Assembly: GCA_963736865.1 (NCBI GenBank)
Contig: CAVTQQ010000001.1
Location: 170,821-234,820, forward strand
Direction: 5' to 3'
Length of the DNA stretch: 64,000 nt
From: an uncultured beta proteobacterium
GTDB taxonomy: Bacteria; Pseudomonadota; Gammaproteobacteria; Burkholderiales; Rhodocyclaceae
The stretch's first letter is position 1, and each line of letters starts with the position of its first letter. The translations under genes and the position numbers were made by a program. Below are positions 43,687 to 52,463 of this stretch, piece after piece. The notes beneath the pieces are model-generated. The model ran no database searches. It was not told the origin of the DNA and saw only the letters and a list, made by a program, of their open reading frames with translations.

Positions 43687-45200
43687 ATGAGACAGATCTC
43701 TTCCTTCGTACCACCGGCATTCCCTGTACAAATCCCTGCTGGCGGTCTCGATTGCATCATTTGGATTGCCGGTCGGGGCCTTGCCTTTGACACCCTCACT
43801 GGAGTGGCACTGGACGCCGATCGCCGGTGATCCGTTTCCAGGCTCGGCCAACGTGATGGGAACGCCGTCGGTCATGGACCTGAACGGAGACGGCAAGCCG
43901 GATGTCGTGTTTGGCTCCACGGCCTCCACGGGCGGAGGTCTTGTCGAGACGGGTGAGTTGCGGGCCTTGAACGGCACCAACGGTACGGTGCTATTTACCG
44001 TCAGCGATCCCAGCCTGAAGATCAACGCAGCTTCCTCGGTCGCCACCGGCGACATCGACGGTGATGGACGACCGGAGATCATCGCCGTGGACAACACGGG
44101 GCAACGACTGATTGCCTTCAATCACGATGGCACCTTCAAGTGGCGCAGCGGTAACCTCTCGGCTATCAACTGGGGCGCGCCTTCGATCGCGGACCTGAAC
44201 AAGGATGGCACTCCGGAAATCATCATCGGCCGGCAGGTTCTCAGCAATGCGGGCACGCTTCTCTGGACCGGCACCGGCGGCAGCGCATCAGGCGGAAACG
44301 TCGGACCGCTGTCACTGGTTTCGGACGTCAACGGCGATGGCAAGCCGGACGTGGTCGCCGGCAACACGGTGTACGACGCAGCGGGTGCGGTCCAGCATCA
44401 GAATGCCCAACTCCCGGACGGATACAACGCCGTTGGTAACTTCGACGGTGATTCGAAAGCGGAGATCGTCCTCGTCGCCAACGGCCAGGTGTGGCTGCTC
44501 GAGGACGACATGACTGTCAAGTGGGGTCCGAAGCCAATTCCCGGCGGCGGTTATGGTGGCGCGCCGACCATTGCCGATTTTGATGGCGATGGCCAACCGG
44601 AAATTGGTGTGGCGGGGGCAAGCAGATACGTCGTGTTCGAAACCGATGGTGCGGTCAAATGGTCGGCCGTAGTCGCAGGACGGTTCTTCCAATCGGACCG
44701 GGTCTTCGGTATTCGACTTCCAGCATGACGGTTCGTCAGAAGTCGTTTACGCCGACGAGCTTTTCCTGCGTGTGCTGAACGGCAGCGATGGCAGCGTCTT
44801 GTTCAGTGCCCCCAAGAGTTCCTGCACCTGGTACGAATATCCGCTGGTGGCGGATGTCGATGCGGATGGCCATGCCGAGATTCTTGGTGTCGCCAACACA
44901 AACTGCGGGTTTGGTAGCCAGCAAGGCGTTTATCTGTGGGGCGATGACGCTAACTGGGTCGATACACGCGATGTCTGGAACCAGCACACTTACCACATCA
45001 CCAACGTCCTACAGGACGGCACCATTCCGACCAACGAACAGTCCAACTGGCTGGTCCCTGGCCTCAACGATTTTCGGCTCAATCAGTATCTTCCGGGAGA
45101 GCAGCCAATTCCCGAACCTTTCAGCTTGTCGCTGTTCGGAATTGCTCTGGGTTTGCTGAGTTGGACGATGGCCGGAGCGAAGTCTCGACGTACAAGATAG
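43687..45200 (+). CDS. FG-GAP/VCBS-repeat protein with C-terminal PEP-CTERM sorting signal; two frameshifts as sequenced (near 43710, near 44670)
   Basis: AGGAGA RBS and ATG at 43687. A signal-peptide-like LYKSLLAVSIASFGLPVGA is in the next frame. The body has repeated DLNGDGKPDVV, DIDGDGRPEII, DVNGDGKPDVV and DFDGDGQPEI. The C-terminus is PIPEPFSLSLFGIALGLLSWTMAGAKSRRTR. Confidence 0.8.
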
Positions 45201-45239
45201 CCTTGGAGGGTCCAAGCTGCGGCCGAAGCGGATGACGCG

Positions 45240-45648
45240 TCAAATGGCTTCGTGCCAGTTCAGCCAATTGCAAACCCTGAACACGGGAGAATTCGCGCGC
45301 ATTGCGCGTAACCAGCGTGGCCTGATGGCGCAATACCGTGGCGGCTATCAAGGTATCGTGCGGGCCGATGGGCGTGCCCGCGGCCTCAAGCTCGGCGCGA
45401 ATACGGGCGGCATGGGCCGCGCATTCGCTATCGAACGGCAAGACCTTCATCGGTCGCAGCAAAGCGGCCAATGCCACCAGACGGGGATTGGCTGCCTCCG
45501 GCGGCAAACGCAAAAGGCCGTAGCGAAGTTCGTATTCCACTATGGCGGGCACGCCGATATCGGCGGGGGAAAGGACTTGCAGACGCGGCACCACCAGCGG
45601 ATCGCCGCGAAAGTAGTAGCTGATGGTGTTGCTGTCGAGAATCAGCAT
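45240..45648 (-). CDS. vapC: PIN-domain toxin (VapC-like); probable frameshift near 45265
   Basis: MLILDSNTISYYF N-terminus and TLVTRNAREF motif. A one-nt shift gives the canonical ...LNWHEAI stop at 45240. The track ORF instead reads through and overlaps the FG-GAP gene. Confidence 0.7.
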
Positions 45649-45657
45649 GGCAGGCCG

Positions 45658-45888
45658 TCAAAAACCCAAACGCGGCACATCGGCCGGCTGCGAGGCCGAG
45701 TCTTCGTCGCGCAAGGGAAAGTCGGCAAAGCGTCCCGCCAGAGCCAGGCAATCCTGAGGCCACTCATGGGCGGCGTACTTGCGGATGATTTCCGCCACCC
45801 AACGGCTTTTCGACAGGCCATTGGCCTGCGCGGCCTGTTCTACCAATGCCTGCGTGGCATCGTCCAGATACAGCGTGATTTGTGACAT
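45658..45888 (-). CDS. vapB: Antitoxin (VapB-type, RHH-like)
   Basis: ATG 45888 is preceded by an AAGGAG RBS and begins MSQITLYLDDATQALVEQAAQANGLSKSRWVAEII. It lies directly upstream of the PIN gene. Confidence 0.7.
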   Translation of the reverse strand: MSQITLYLDDATQALVEQAAQANGLSKSRWVAEIIRKYAAHEWPQDCLALAGRFADFPLRDEDSASQPADVPRLGF

Positions 45889-45914
45889 GGCGGCAGCTCC
45901 TTGCAACTGGCACG

Positions 45915-45942
45915 GGCAATTATATTTCCAAGTATATTTGCC
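45915..45942 (-). promoter_or_regulatory. Putative vapBC promoter/operator: TATAAT on the minus strand plus two TATATTT(C/G)CC direct repeats bracketed by GGCAA/TTGCC
   Basis: Read directly from the sequence, 27-54 nt upstream of the antitoxin ATG. Confidence 0.3.
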
Positions 45943-46046
45943 GCGCTATATTCGTCAAGTCAGCCAGCGACAACATGGTCCGTGATGTGTCAGCAGGAAC
46001 CCTGGTGAGGAAGGGCGGCCGCTAGTTGTCGGACTCAGGGTGCCCT

Positions 46047-46210
46047 GTGACGTCCAACGTCTTCGCCATCCTTGGCCTGCGGGCGATGTACTTCCTGCTC
46101 TCGCCTACATGGCTGACCGCTTCTCGCTGGCTGTGGTCGCCACCTTCATCGGCGTCTCGATCTGGCTCTCGCTACGCAAGGAGAAGCGCGAGCGGCCAGT
46201 CATGCAATGA
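46047..46210 (+). pseudogene. TerC-family membrane protein remnant (C-terminal fragment, frameshifted, internally deleted)
   Basis: VTSNVFAILGLRAMYFLL matches the TerC signature. It continues in another frame as ADRFSLAVVATFIGVSIWLSLRKEKRERPVMQ stop. No N-terminal part is present. Confidence 0.55.
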
Positions 46211-47144
46211 CGGGTGCCGTCCCGCCAGCGCCGACTCTTGCCAGTGACAGGGGAGGGAAGACACCGCCCCGCGCGTTCTCGCTGACCGCCCGTGCAGCAG
46301 GATGGGTCAGCCGCCGCTCGGCTGAAATGAGGAAGAACCGCTCGCGAATCTCCTCCGTTTCGCCCAGCTTGACGACTTGGTAGTGTGCCGTCACGTCCGG
46401 CACGCTGGCCGCCGGCGCGGGAAACACTCCGGCGCCGGCTTCGCCGAAAACCTTCATCAAGGCGCTGTCGTCGAATTCTCCGACGATGCGCACACGCTTC
46501 CCAAGTCGCTCCAGCCAGCGCGGCAGGGTGCCGTGCAGGGCGCTATCGCGCCCGGGCAGCAGCAGGGGCGCGCCATCCAGGCAATCGGGGAAGTCGCCCG
46601 TCAGTCGTGCAGCCAAAGCGGGCGCGGCCATGAAAGCCACCCCCGATTCACCGAGCGGATGGCTGTAGCCCTTGATCTCCGTGCCAGGCGGCATGGGGCG
46701 GTCGGCCAGCACCATGTCGAGACGGTGGATCGCCAGATCCGCCAGCAGGCGTTCCAGTCGGTCCTCCTGACATACGAGCCGCACGGCTTCCGGCAGTTCC
46801 AGCACCGGCGCGAGCAGGCGATGGGCGATGAACTTCGGCACGACGTCGGCGATACCGACGCGGAAGGTGATGAAGCGCTCCTCGGCACCGTTCTTCAGCA
46901 GGTCTTCCAACTCAGCCCCGGTCTGGAAGATTTCCTCGGCGTAGGAGAGCGCGAGCTTGCCGGTTTCGGTCAGTTCCAGCCGTCGCCCGACCCGCCGGAA
47001 CAGCGCCACGCCCAGCCGCTCCTCGAACTGGGTGATCTGACCGGAGAGCGTCTGGGGCGTGAGATGCAGGCGCTCCGCTGCGCGAATGACGCCGCCCGAG
47101 CGGGCGACACTGACAAAGTAATGCAGATGCTTGTAGTTAATCAC
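46200..47144 (-). CDS. LysR-family transcriptional regulator (NhaR-like N-terminus)
   Basis: 314-aa ORF with the HTH MINYKHLHYFVSVARSGGVIRAAERLHLTPQTLSGQITQFEERLG. Confidence 0.88.
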   Translation of the reverse strand: MINYKHLHYFVSVARSGGVIRAAERLHLTPQTLSGQITQFEERLGVALFRRVGRRLELTETGKLALSYAEEIFQTGAELEDLLKNGAEERFITFRVGIADVVPKFIAHRLLAPVLELPEAVRLVCQEDRLERLLADLAIHRLDMVLADRPMPPGTEIKGYSHPLGESGVAFMAAPALAARLTGDFPDCLDGAPLLLPGRDSALHGTLPRWLERLGKRVRIVGEFDDSALMKVFGEAGAGVFPAPAASVPDVTAHYQVVKLGETEEIRERFFLISAERRLTHPAARAVSENARGGVFPPLSLARVGAGGTAPVIA

Positions 47145-47261
47145 ACCGCCGCCCCACTATTCGCGTTTTTCGATCATATCGTACATCTATTCCTGATTTT
47201 ATCGAACAAGTGGAGCACCCATAATCTAGCTGCCTTCTTTCAACTTTGACCAAGGAACGCC

Positions 47262-47623
47262 ATGAACCTGCAAATCCAGACGCGAGACTTCACCCTGACC
47301 GACGGCCTGCGCCAGCACGTGGCCACGCGCCTCGCCTATGCCTTGAATCATGGCCGCGACCTCATCCGGCGCATCGTCGTACGCCTGTCCGATATCAACG
47401 GCCCGCGCGGTGGCGAGGACAAGTGCTGCGGCATCGAAGTGCGCCTCAAGGGGGCGCCCGCCCTGGTCGTCGAGGATGTCCAGGCCGATCTGTATCTCGC
47501 CATCGATCGCGCCAGCGAACGCATCGGCCGCACGCTCGACCGCCACCTGGCGCGGCGACGCGAGAATCCGGTGGTTTCGGCCACCCGCAAACAGTCAGCA
47601 CCAATCGAAATGGAGAGTCGTGA
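47262..47623 (+). CDS. hpf: HPF/RaiA-family ribosome-associated protein; 3' end uncertain
   Basis: MNLQIQTRDFTLTDGLRQHVATRLAYAL...DLYLAIDRASERIGRTLDRHL. The in-frame ORF runs to 47774, overlapping the next gene. A TGATG stop/start junction at 47621-47625 suggests the true end lies there after a frameshift. Confidence 0.65.
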
Positions 47624-48193
47624 TGAGAAGCTATCCGGTTCGACAGCAAAGAATCCATGGCACGTGTCATCGTACTGGCGATGCTGGCCGACGGTGGCAT
47701 TGATCCGGTCGAACTCCATTTGCTGGAGCGCCCCGAAATCATCGCCCGAATGGGGTTTGATCACGATTGCCTGACCAATGTGACTCAGGAATTCTGCGAG
47801 GATTTGGACGCCTACGGCGTTTACGCCCGACCCGGACGGGTGGGCCTGGATCCGGCGACGATCGACTATTTGCTTGGTGAGATTCGCAACCCGGCACTGC
47901 AGGCGAACCTCTTGCGGGCAATGCTTGAGGTCGTCCATGCCAATGGCCATCTGACCGGTGGAGAGGGGGTGGTAATCGGTCAGGCCATGTCGTGCTGGGG
48001 CCTGGAGTTGTGCGAAGAGCGTCTCCAGCCGCAAGAGCGTCGGAAATTCTCACCTCGGCCGGTTGTGGAGAATTGTCTTGGCGGCCCCGTACGAGCCGCG
48101 GCCATGGCGGCCCGCGCAGCCATCGGGATCAAAGATCCGCCGAGGGAATTGGCACGAGCAAATCCGGTTTTGTCGCCGCCTCGCAGGCGCTGA
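47623..48193 (+). CDS. TerB-like (tellurite-resistance TerB family) protein; probable frameshift at 47641
   Basis: A GGAGAG RBS precedes ATG 47623 (MRSYPV). Removing c47641 joins it to DSKESMARVIVLAMLADGGIDPVELHLLER. Otherwise the gene starts at ATG 47657. Confidence 0.6.
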
Positions 48194-48232
48194 CTGTTGA
48201 AAACCCGTTTGTTAAACCACAGGAGACTGAAA

Positions 48233-48913
48233 ATGAACTACCCAAGACCCCATGCCATCACCCTGCCGCACAGCGCCACCGAATCCATCCTTGCCACCAA
48301 CAGGGTGATCCGCAACACCTACATGCTGCTGTCGATGACACTGCTGTTCGCCGCCGTCACGGCGGCCGGCGTCAGTGGCGCTGAGATTGCCGCATCCCGG
48401 GCTGATCATCACCCTGGTCGGCTACTTCGGCCTGCTCTTCGCCACCACAAACTCAAGAACAGCGGCTGGGGCCTGGTCTCCGTGTTCGCGCTGACTGGCT
48501 TCATGGGCTACACGCTCGGCCCGATCATTAGCCACTATCTCGGCCTGCCCAACGGCGGCCAGACGGTCATGATGGCCATGGGCGGTACCGCCGCGATCTT
48601 CCTCGGGCTTTCCGGCTACGCGCTGACGACACGCAGGGACTTCAGCTTCATGGGCGGCTTCCTCATGGTCGGCATCCTGCTTGCCTTCCTGGCCGGCCTG
48701 GCCGCGATCTTCTTCGAGATACCGGCGCTGTCGCTGACCGTGTCGGCCGCCTTCGTGCTGCTGATGTCGGGCCTGATTCTCTACGAGACCTCGAACATCA
48801 TCCACGGCGGCGAAACCAACTACGTGCTGGCCACCGTGACCCTGTTCGTCTCCATCTTCAACCTCTTCACCAGCCTGCTGCAATTGCTGGGTTTTGCGGG
48901 CAGCAACGAGTGA
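48233..48913 (+). CDS. BAX inhibitor-1/YccA family membrane protein; two compensating frameshifts (near 48375 and 48450)
   Basis: AGGAGA RBS and ATG at 48233. It has seven hydrophobic segments. Residues about 48-73 read as nonsense in frame. The alternate frame gives ALRLPHPGLIITLVGYFGLLFATT, a proper TM helix. Confidence 0.8.
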   Translation: MNYPRPHAITLPHSATESILATNRVIRNTYMLLSMTLLFAAVTAAGVSGAEIAASRADHHPGRLLRPALRHHKLKNSGWGLVSVFALTGFMGYTLGPIISHYLGLPNGGQTVMMAMGGTAAIFLGLSGYALTTRRDFSFMGGFLMVGILLAFLAGLAAIFFEIPALSLTVSAAFVLLMSGLILYETSNIIHGGETNYVLATVTLFVSIFNLFTSLLQLLGFAGSNE

Positions 48914-48960
48914 GTTGGCACCAAGGCATTTGCTGCCAATAGTCACTGAAGGAGAAGCCA

Positions 48961-49350
48961 ATGTTCAACCCCATTACCATCCCGTTCGGCAGCAAGATGC
49001 TGTTTAACGGAGTCAAGCTGAAACCCGGCGTCACCGTGGCCGACATCGAGCTGGCGCTCGGCGAGATGTGTCATACCGTGAAGGAGACCTATGGCAACGA
49101 CTCTGGCGGCTTCATTGCCGGTCAGGTATTCGCGTTTTCCGGCTTCATTAGTTCGGAAGGTTCTGTAAACCCGGTCAAGGAACCCGATTACGACATTGCC
49201 ATCGTCACTTACTGGGCATCCTTCGAACAGCATGAAAAGTCCCATGCGGACAAGGCGTTCAGGGATAAATTCCATGCCTTGGCCGAGATGAGCACTGACA
49301 CTTTCGAGGTGGGCTTCGACATGCTGTGGCAAGGCGTCCCCGAAAAATAG
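48961..49350 (+). CDS. Hypothetical protein (possible ABM/Dabb-like alpha+beta fold)
   Basis: 129-aa ORF. The only weak cue is IVTYWASFEQHEKSH. Confidence 0.4.
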   Translation: MFNPITIPFGSKMLFNGVKLKPGVTVADIELALGEMCHTVKETYGNDSGGFIAGQVFAFSGFISSEGSVNPVKEPDYDIAIVTYWASFEQHEKSHADKAFRDKFHALAEMSTDTFEVGFDMLWQGVPEK

Positions 49351-49359
49351 GGGACGTCC

Positions 49360-49746
49360 ATGACCTACATCCAAGACGTCAACGGCTCCTCACGGATGAG
49401 CCGCACGCGCATCGGCCGCTCGCTCTATACCCTGTTCCAGATCATGACCCTGGAAAGCTGGTCGATGGGCATCGCCCGCCCGGTGATGGAGAACTTTCCC
49501 TACGCCTGGGTTTTCTTCGTCCCCTTCATCCTGGTGGCGACCTTCACCATGCTCAACCTGTTCATCGCCATCATCGTCAACGCCATGCAAAGCTACAACG
49601 AGGCGGAGCAACACGACGCCACACAGACCGTGGAAGCGGTGCGCAAGCACATCGAGGCCGACCTGCATGCCGAGATGGGCGGCCTGCGCGACGAAATTCG
49701 CGAAATGAAAACTCTGCTGTCACGCGCGTCACCACGTCAGGCTTGA
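49360..49746 (+). pseudogene. NaChBac-type voltage-gated sodium channel remnant: P-loop, S6 and C-terminal coiled coil only
   Basis: [24 protein letters not shown] carries the bacterial Nav selectivity-filter signature TLESWSM. The S6 segment ([28 protein letters not shown]) and a charged tail follow. S1-S5 are absent. Confidence 0.65.
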
Positions 49747-49773
49747 CCCGACCTACTGCCAAGGAAGAAAGCC

Positions 49774-49917
49774 ATGAAACGAATTGCAATTGCCCGGCTT
49801 GCCCTCGTCATCGGTGTCGGTGTGACGATTCAGGATGCCGAGGCCAAACGCATGGGCGAAGGCAAAACCTCCGGCGTCAGCCGCGGCTGGGCCATTGCCG
49901 GGATTCAGCAATGCTGA
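49774..49917 (+). CDS. Small ORF (47 aa) with a signal-peptide-like N-terminus
   Basis: An AAGGAAG RBS precedes it. The product is MKRIAIARLALVIGVGVTIQDAEA followed by KRMGEGKTSGVSRGWAIAGIQQC. It overlaps the longest version of the next ORF. Confidence 0.3.
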   Translation: MKRIAIARLALVIGVGVTIQDAEAKRMGEGKTSGVSRGWAIAGIQQC

Positions 49918-51037
49918 ACTATCCAGCGGTCCTGCGGACGAAACCGCTACTCCATCATCGGCGGGCCCTGACCCCTTGAGTACCGCTTCACCCTTCAGCC
50001 GCCGTCTGGCACCCTGGCTGGCCCTGGCCAGCCTCGGCATACTAGTCTCGCTGATCCTGGCGCCCTTCCTTGCGCCGCTTGCCTGGGCTGGCGTGCTGGC
50101 CTACGCCTCCTGGCCGCTGGCCCAGTGGCTGCGGAAGAGGTGCGGCGGGCGCGACACACTGGCCGCCAGCCTGGCCACGGTCCTGGCGGCAATAACCCTG
50201 TGCGCACCCCTGCTGTGGCTGGCCTGGCTCGCGCAGCAGGAGGTGGGCCGGCTCTACCTGGCCGTGCTGGCCTTCGCCGCCGCGCCACCGGCGCTGCCCG
50301 AATGGCTGCGGGACCTGCCTTGGATGGGCACGTGGCTGGCAGATCAACGAGCCTGGCTGCGTTCCGATCCGCAAGGCGTAGCCAGCACGTTCCAGGCATG
50401 GCTCGGGGAGCATGCCGGCGCTGCGGCCGCCGTGGCTGGTGGCGTGAGCAGGAATCTGCTCAAGCTGATCCTGACGCTGACCATCGTGTTCTTTTTCTAC
50501 CGAGATGGCGTGCGCATTGTGGGCGAGTTGCGTCACGTACTGGTCAGTTTCATCGGCCCGCGAGTACACGGGTATCTGGCCGCAGCCGGCGCCACAACGC
50601 GCGCCGTGGTCTACGGCATTCTGCTCACCGCGCTGGTGCAGGGTTTCGTTGCCGGGCTGGGTTACTGGGTGGCGGGACTCGGCTCGCCGGTGACCATGGG
50701 CGTACTGACCGCGCTGGTGGCGCTGATCCCTTTCGCCACACCCCTGGCCTGGGGCGGCGCCGGAGCCTGGCTGTTGTTCCAGGGCGAAGTGGGCGCGGCC
50801 TTCGGCATCTGGCTTTGGGGCGCGGCGGTGGTCAGTCAATTGGACAATGTGCTGCGCCCGATCTTCATCAGCAGTGCCGGAGCGATTCCGTTTCTGCTGG
50901 TATTGCTCGGCGTCCTGGGTGGTCTGTTGGCCTTTGGCATGGTAGGTCTGTTCATCGGGCCCATCGTCCTGGCGATGGGCTGGGCCGTGTGGCGCGAATG
51001 GGCCGGGCATCTGGACGAAGCAGAACCAGCGGAGTGA
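49835..51037 (+). CDS. AI-2E (PerM/YhhT) family transporter; start uncertain (TTG 49976 would give 353 aa)
   Basis: It has eight hydrophobic segments and the conserved region LIPFATPLAWGGAGAWLL ... LDNVLRPIFIS. Confidence 0.8.
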   Translation: MPRPNAWAKAKPPASAAAGPLPGFSNAELSSGPADETATPSSAGPDPLSTASPFSRRLAPWLALASLGILVSLILAPFLAPLAWAGVLAYASWPLAQWLRKRCGGRDTLAASLATVLAAITLCAPLLWLAWLAQQEVGRLYLAVLAFAAAPPALPEWLRDLPWMGTWLADQRAWLRSDPQGVASTFQAWLGEHAGAAAAVAGGVSRNLLKLILTLTIVFFFYRDGVRIVGELRHVLVSFIGPRVHGYLAAAGATTRAVVYGILLTALVQGFVAGLGYWVAGLGSPVTMGVLTALVALIPFATPLAWGGAGAWLLFQGEVGAAFGIWLWGAAVVSQLDNVLRPIFISSAGAIPFLLVLLGVLGGLLAFGMVGLFIGPIVLAMGWAVWREWAGHLDEAEPAE

Positions 51038-51098
51038 ATGCCATGATCCTGTCGTTTCATGTAGATCGAAGGTCTATCAGCCGGGTTACGAAAGCATC

Positions 51099-52463
51099 AT
51101 GGAAATAGCGGTCATCCTTGGACTGATTCTTCTCAACGGCGTGTTCGCCATGGCCGAGATTGCGCTCGTGACGGCACGTCGGGCAAGGCTTCAGGTTCTG
51201 GCGCAGGAGGGGCATGTCGGCGCAGCCGTCGCCGTCAAGCTAGGCGAGGAGCCCACCCGGTTCCTCTCGACCATTCAAATCGGCATTACTTCGATTGGCG
51301 TCCTGAACGGAATTGTCGGCGAAGCCGCACTGGCGCAGCCTTTTTCCCTCTGGATGCAGGCGCTTGGGGCGCATGGTCCGCTGGCGGATTACCTTGCTAC
51401 CGCCCTGGTTGTGGTTGTTATTACTTATTGCACGATCGTGCTTGGCGAGCTTGTCCCCAAACGTCTCGGCCAGGTTCATGCGGAGCAGGTGGCTTTGTTG
51501 CTCGCGCGCCCGATGTTGTGGCTCGCGTCAATCACGAGTCCGTTTGTCGGATTTCTCGCCGCCTCGACGCAGTTGATCCTGCGCGCTGCCGGAGTGCGGG
51601 AACAAGCAGGTTCCACGGTAACGCAGGAAGACATCAACCAGATGCTGGCTGAAGGGTCGGATGCCGGGGTGATCGAAGACAGCGAGCACCAGATGGTCCG
51701 CAATGTATTTCGGCTGGATGATCGCCAGATTGCCTCGTTGATGGTGCCGCGGAGCGATGTCGACTATCTGGATACGGATTGTTCGGTGACAGACAACTTG
51801 AAGCGTATCGAGTGCAGTGCGCGCTCCCGATTTCCGGTAGTACGCGGGGGATGGGAGGACGTGCTCGGCGTCGTCAGCGCACGTCAGTTGCTGACCCAGA
51901 CCTTGCGTGGTGAAACGCCCAGCCTGACAGAGCATCTGACACCGGCGGTATTCGTGCCGGAATCGCTGACCGGCATGGAACTCCTGGAGAACTTGAAGAC
52001 TTCTGGCACACAACTGGCCTTTGTCATCGACGAGTACGGAGCAGTGCGCGGCATTGTTACCCTGAAGGATGTGATGGAGGCGATTACCGGCGAATTCAAA
52101 CCAAGTTCCCCGGAGGACGCCTGGGCCGTGCAGCGCGAGGACGGCACCTGGCTGCTCGATGGATTGATTCCCGTCGCCGAGTTGAAACATCGGCTCGCCC
52201 TGCGGACCGTTCCTGAGGAAGACAGGGGGCGCTACAACACGCTGAGTGGCATGATCATGCTGCTGCTCGGCCGATTGCCCAAGACCGCGGATCATTGCGA
52301 GTGGGAAGATTGGCTTTTCGAGGTCGTCGATATTGACGGCAAGCGCATTGACAAGGTGCTTGCCACCCGAAAGCCGGATGATCGCGAGGCGCGCAGCGAT
52401 CAACTGGCAGACGGGGAGCAGCACCCATGTCCCGTTCCACCTGCCGCTCGACCAGAACGGTAA
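51099..52463 (+). CDS. HlyC/CorC (CNNM) family transporter with CBS pair and CorC_HlyC domain
   Basis: The N-terminal DUF21 motif is LLNGVFAMAEIALV. A CBS pair and the C-terminal transporter-associated domain (DGTWLLDGLIPV...) follow. Confidence 0.88.
   Translation: MEIAVILGLILLNGVFAMAEIALVTARRARLQVLAQEGHVGAAVAVKLGEEPTRFLSTIQIGITSIGVLNGIVGEAALAQPFSLWMQALGAHGPLADYLATALVVVVITYCTIVLGELVPKRLGQVHAEQVALLLARPMLWLASITSPFVGFLAASTQLILRAAGVREQAGSTVTQEDINQMLAEGSDAGVIEDSEHQMVRNVFRLDDRQIASLMVPRSDVDYLDTDCSVTDNLKRIECSARSRFPVVRGGWEDVLGVVSARQLLTQTLRGETPSLTEHLTPAVFVPESLTGMELLENLKTSGTQLAFVIDEYGAVRGIVTLKDVMEAITGEFKPSSPEDAWAVQREDGTWLLDGLIPVAELKHRLALRTVPEEDRGRYNTLSGMIMLLLGRLPKTADHCEWEDWLFEVVDIDGKRIDKVLATRKPDDREARSDQLADGEQHPCPVPPAARPER

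Noticed and set aside
48911-48935. TTGGCACCAAGGCATTTGCT, which resembles a sigma-54 promoter, upstream of the hypothetical gene at 48961.
   Set aside because: The GG to GC spacing is three nt longer than the canonical -24/-12 spacing.
49774-49917. The idea that the 47-aa signal-peptide ORF is the N-terminal relic of a Tim44-like periplasmic protein.
   Set aside because: The idea rests only on my recollection of a similar N-terminal pattern (signal peptide then AKR-GGGKS). No downstream Tim44-like sequence exists in any frame. I kept it only as a low-confidence small ORF.
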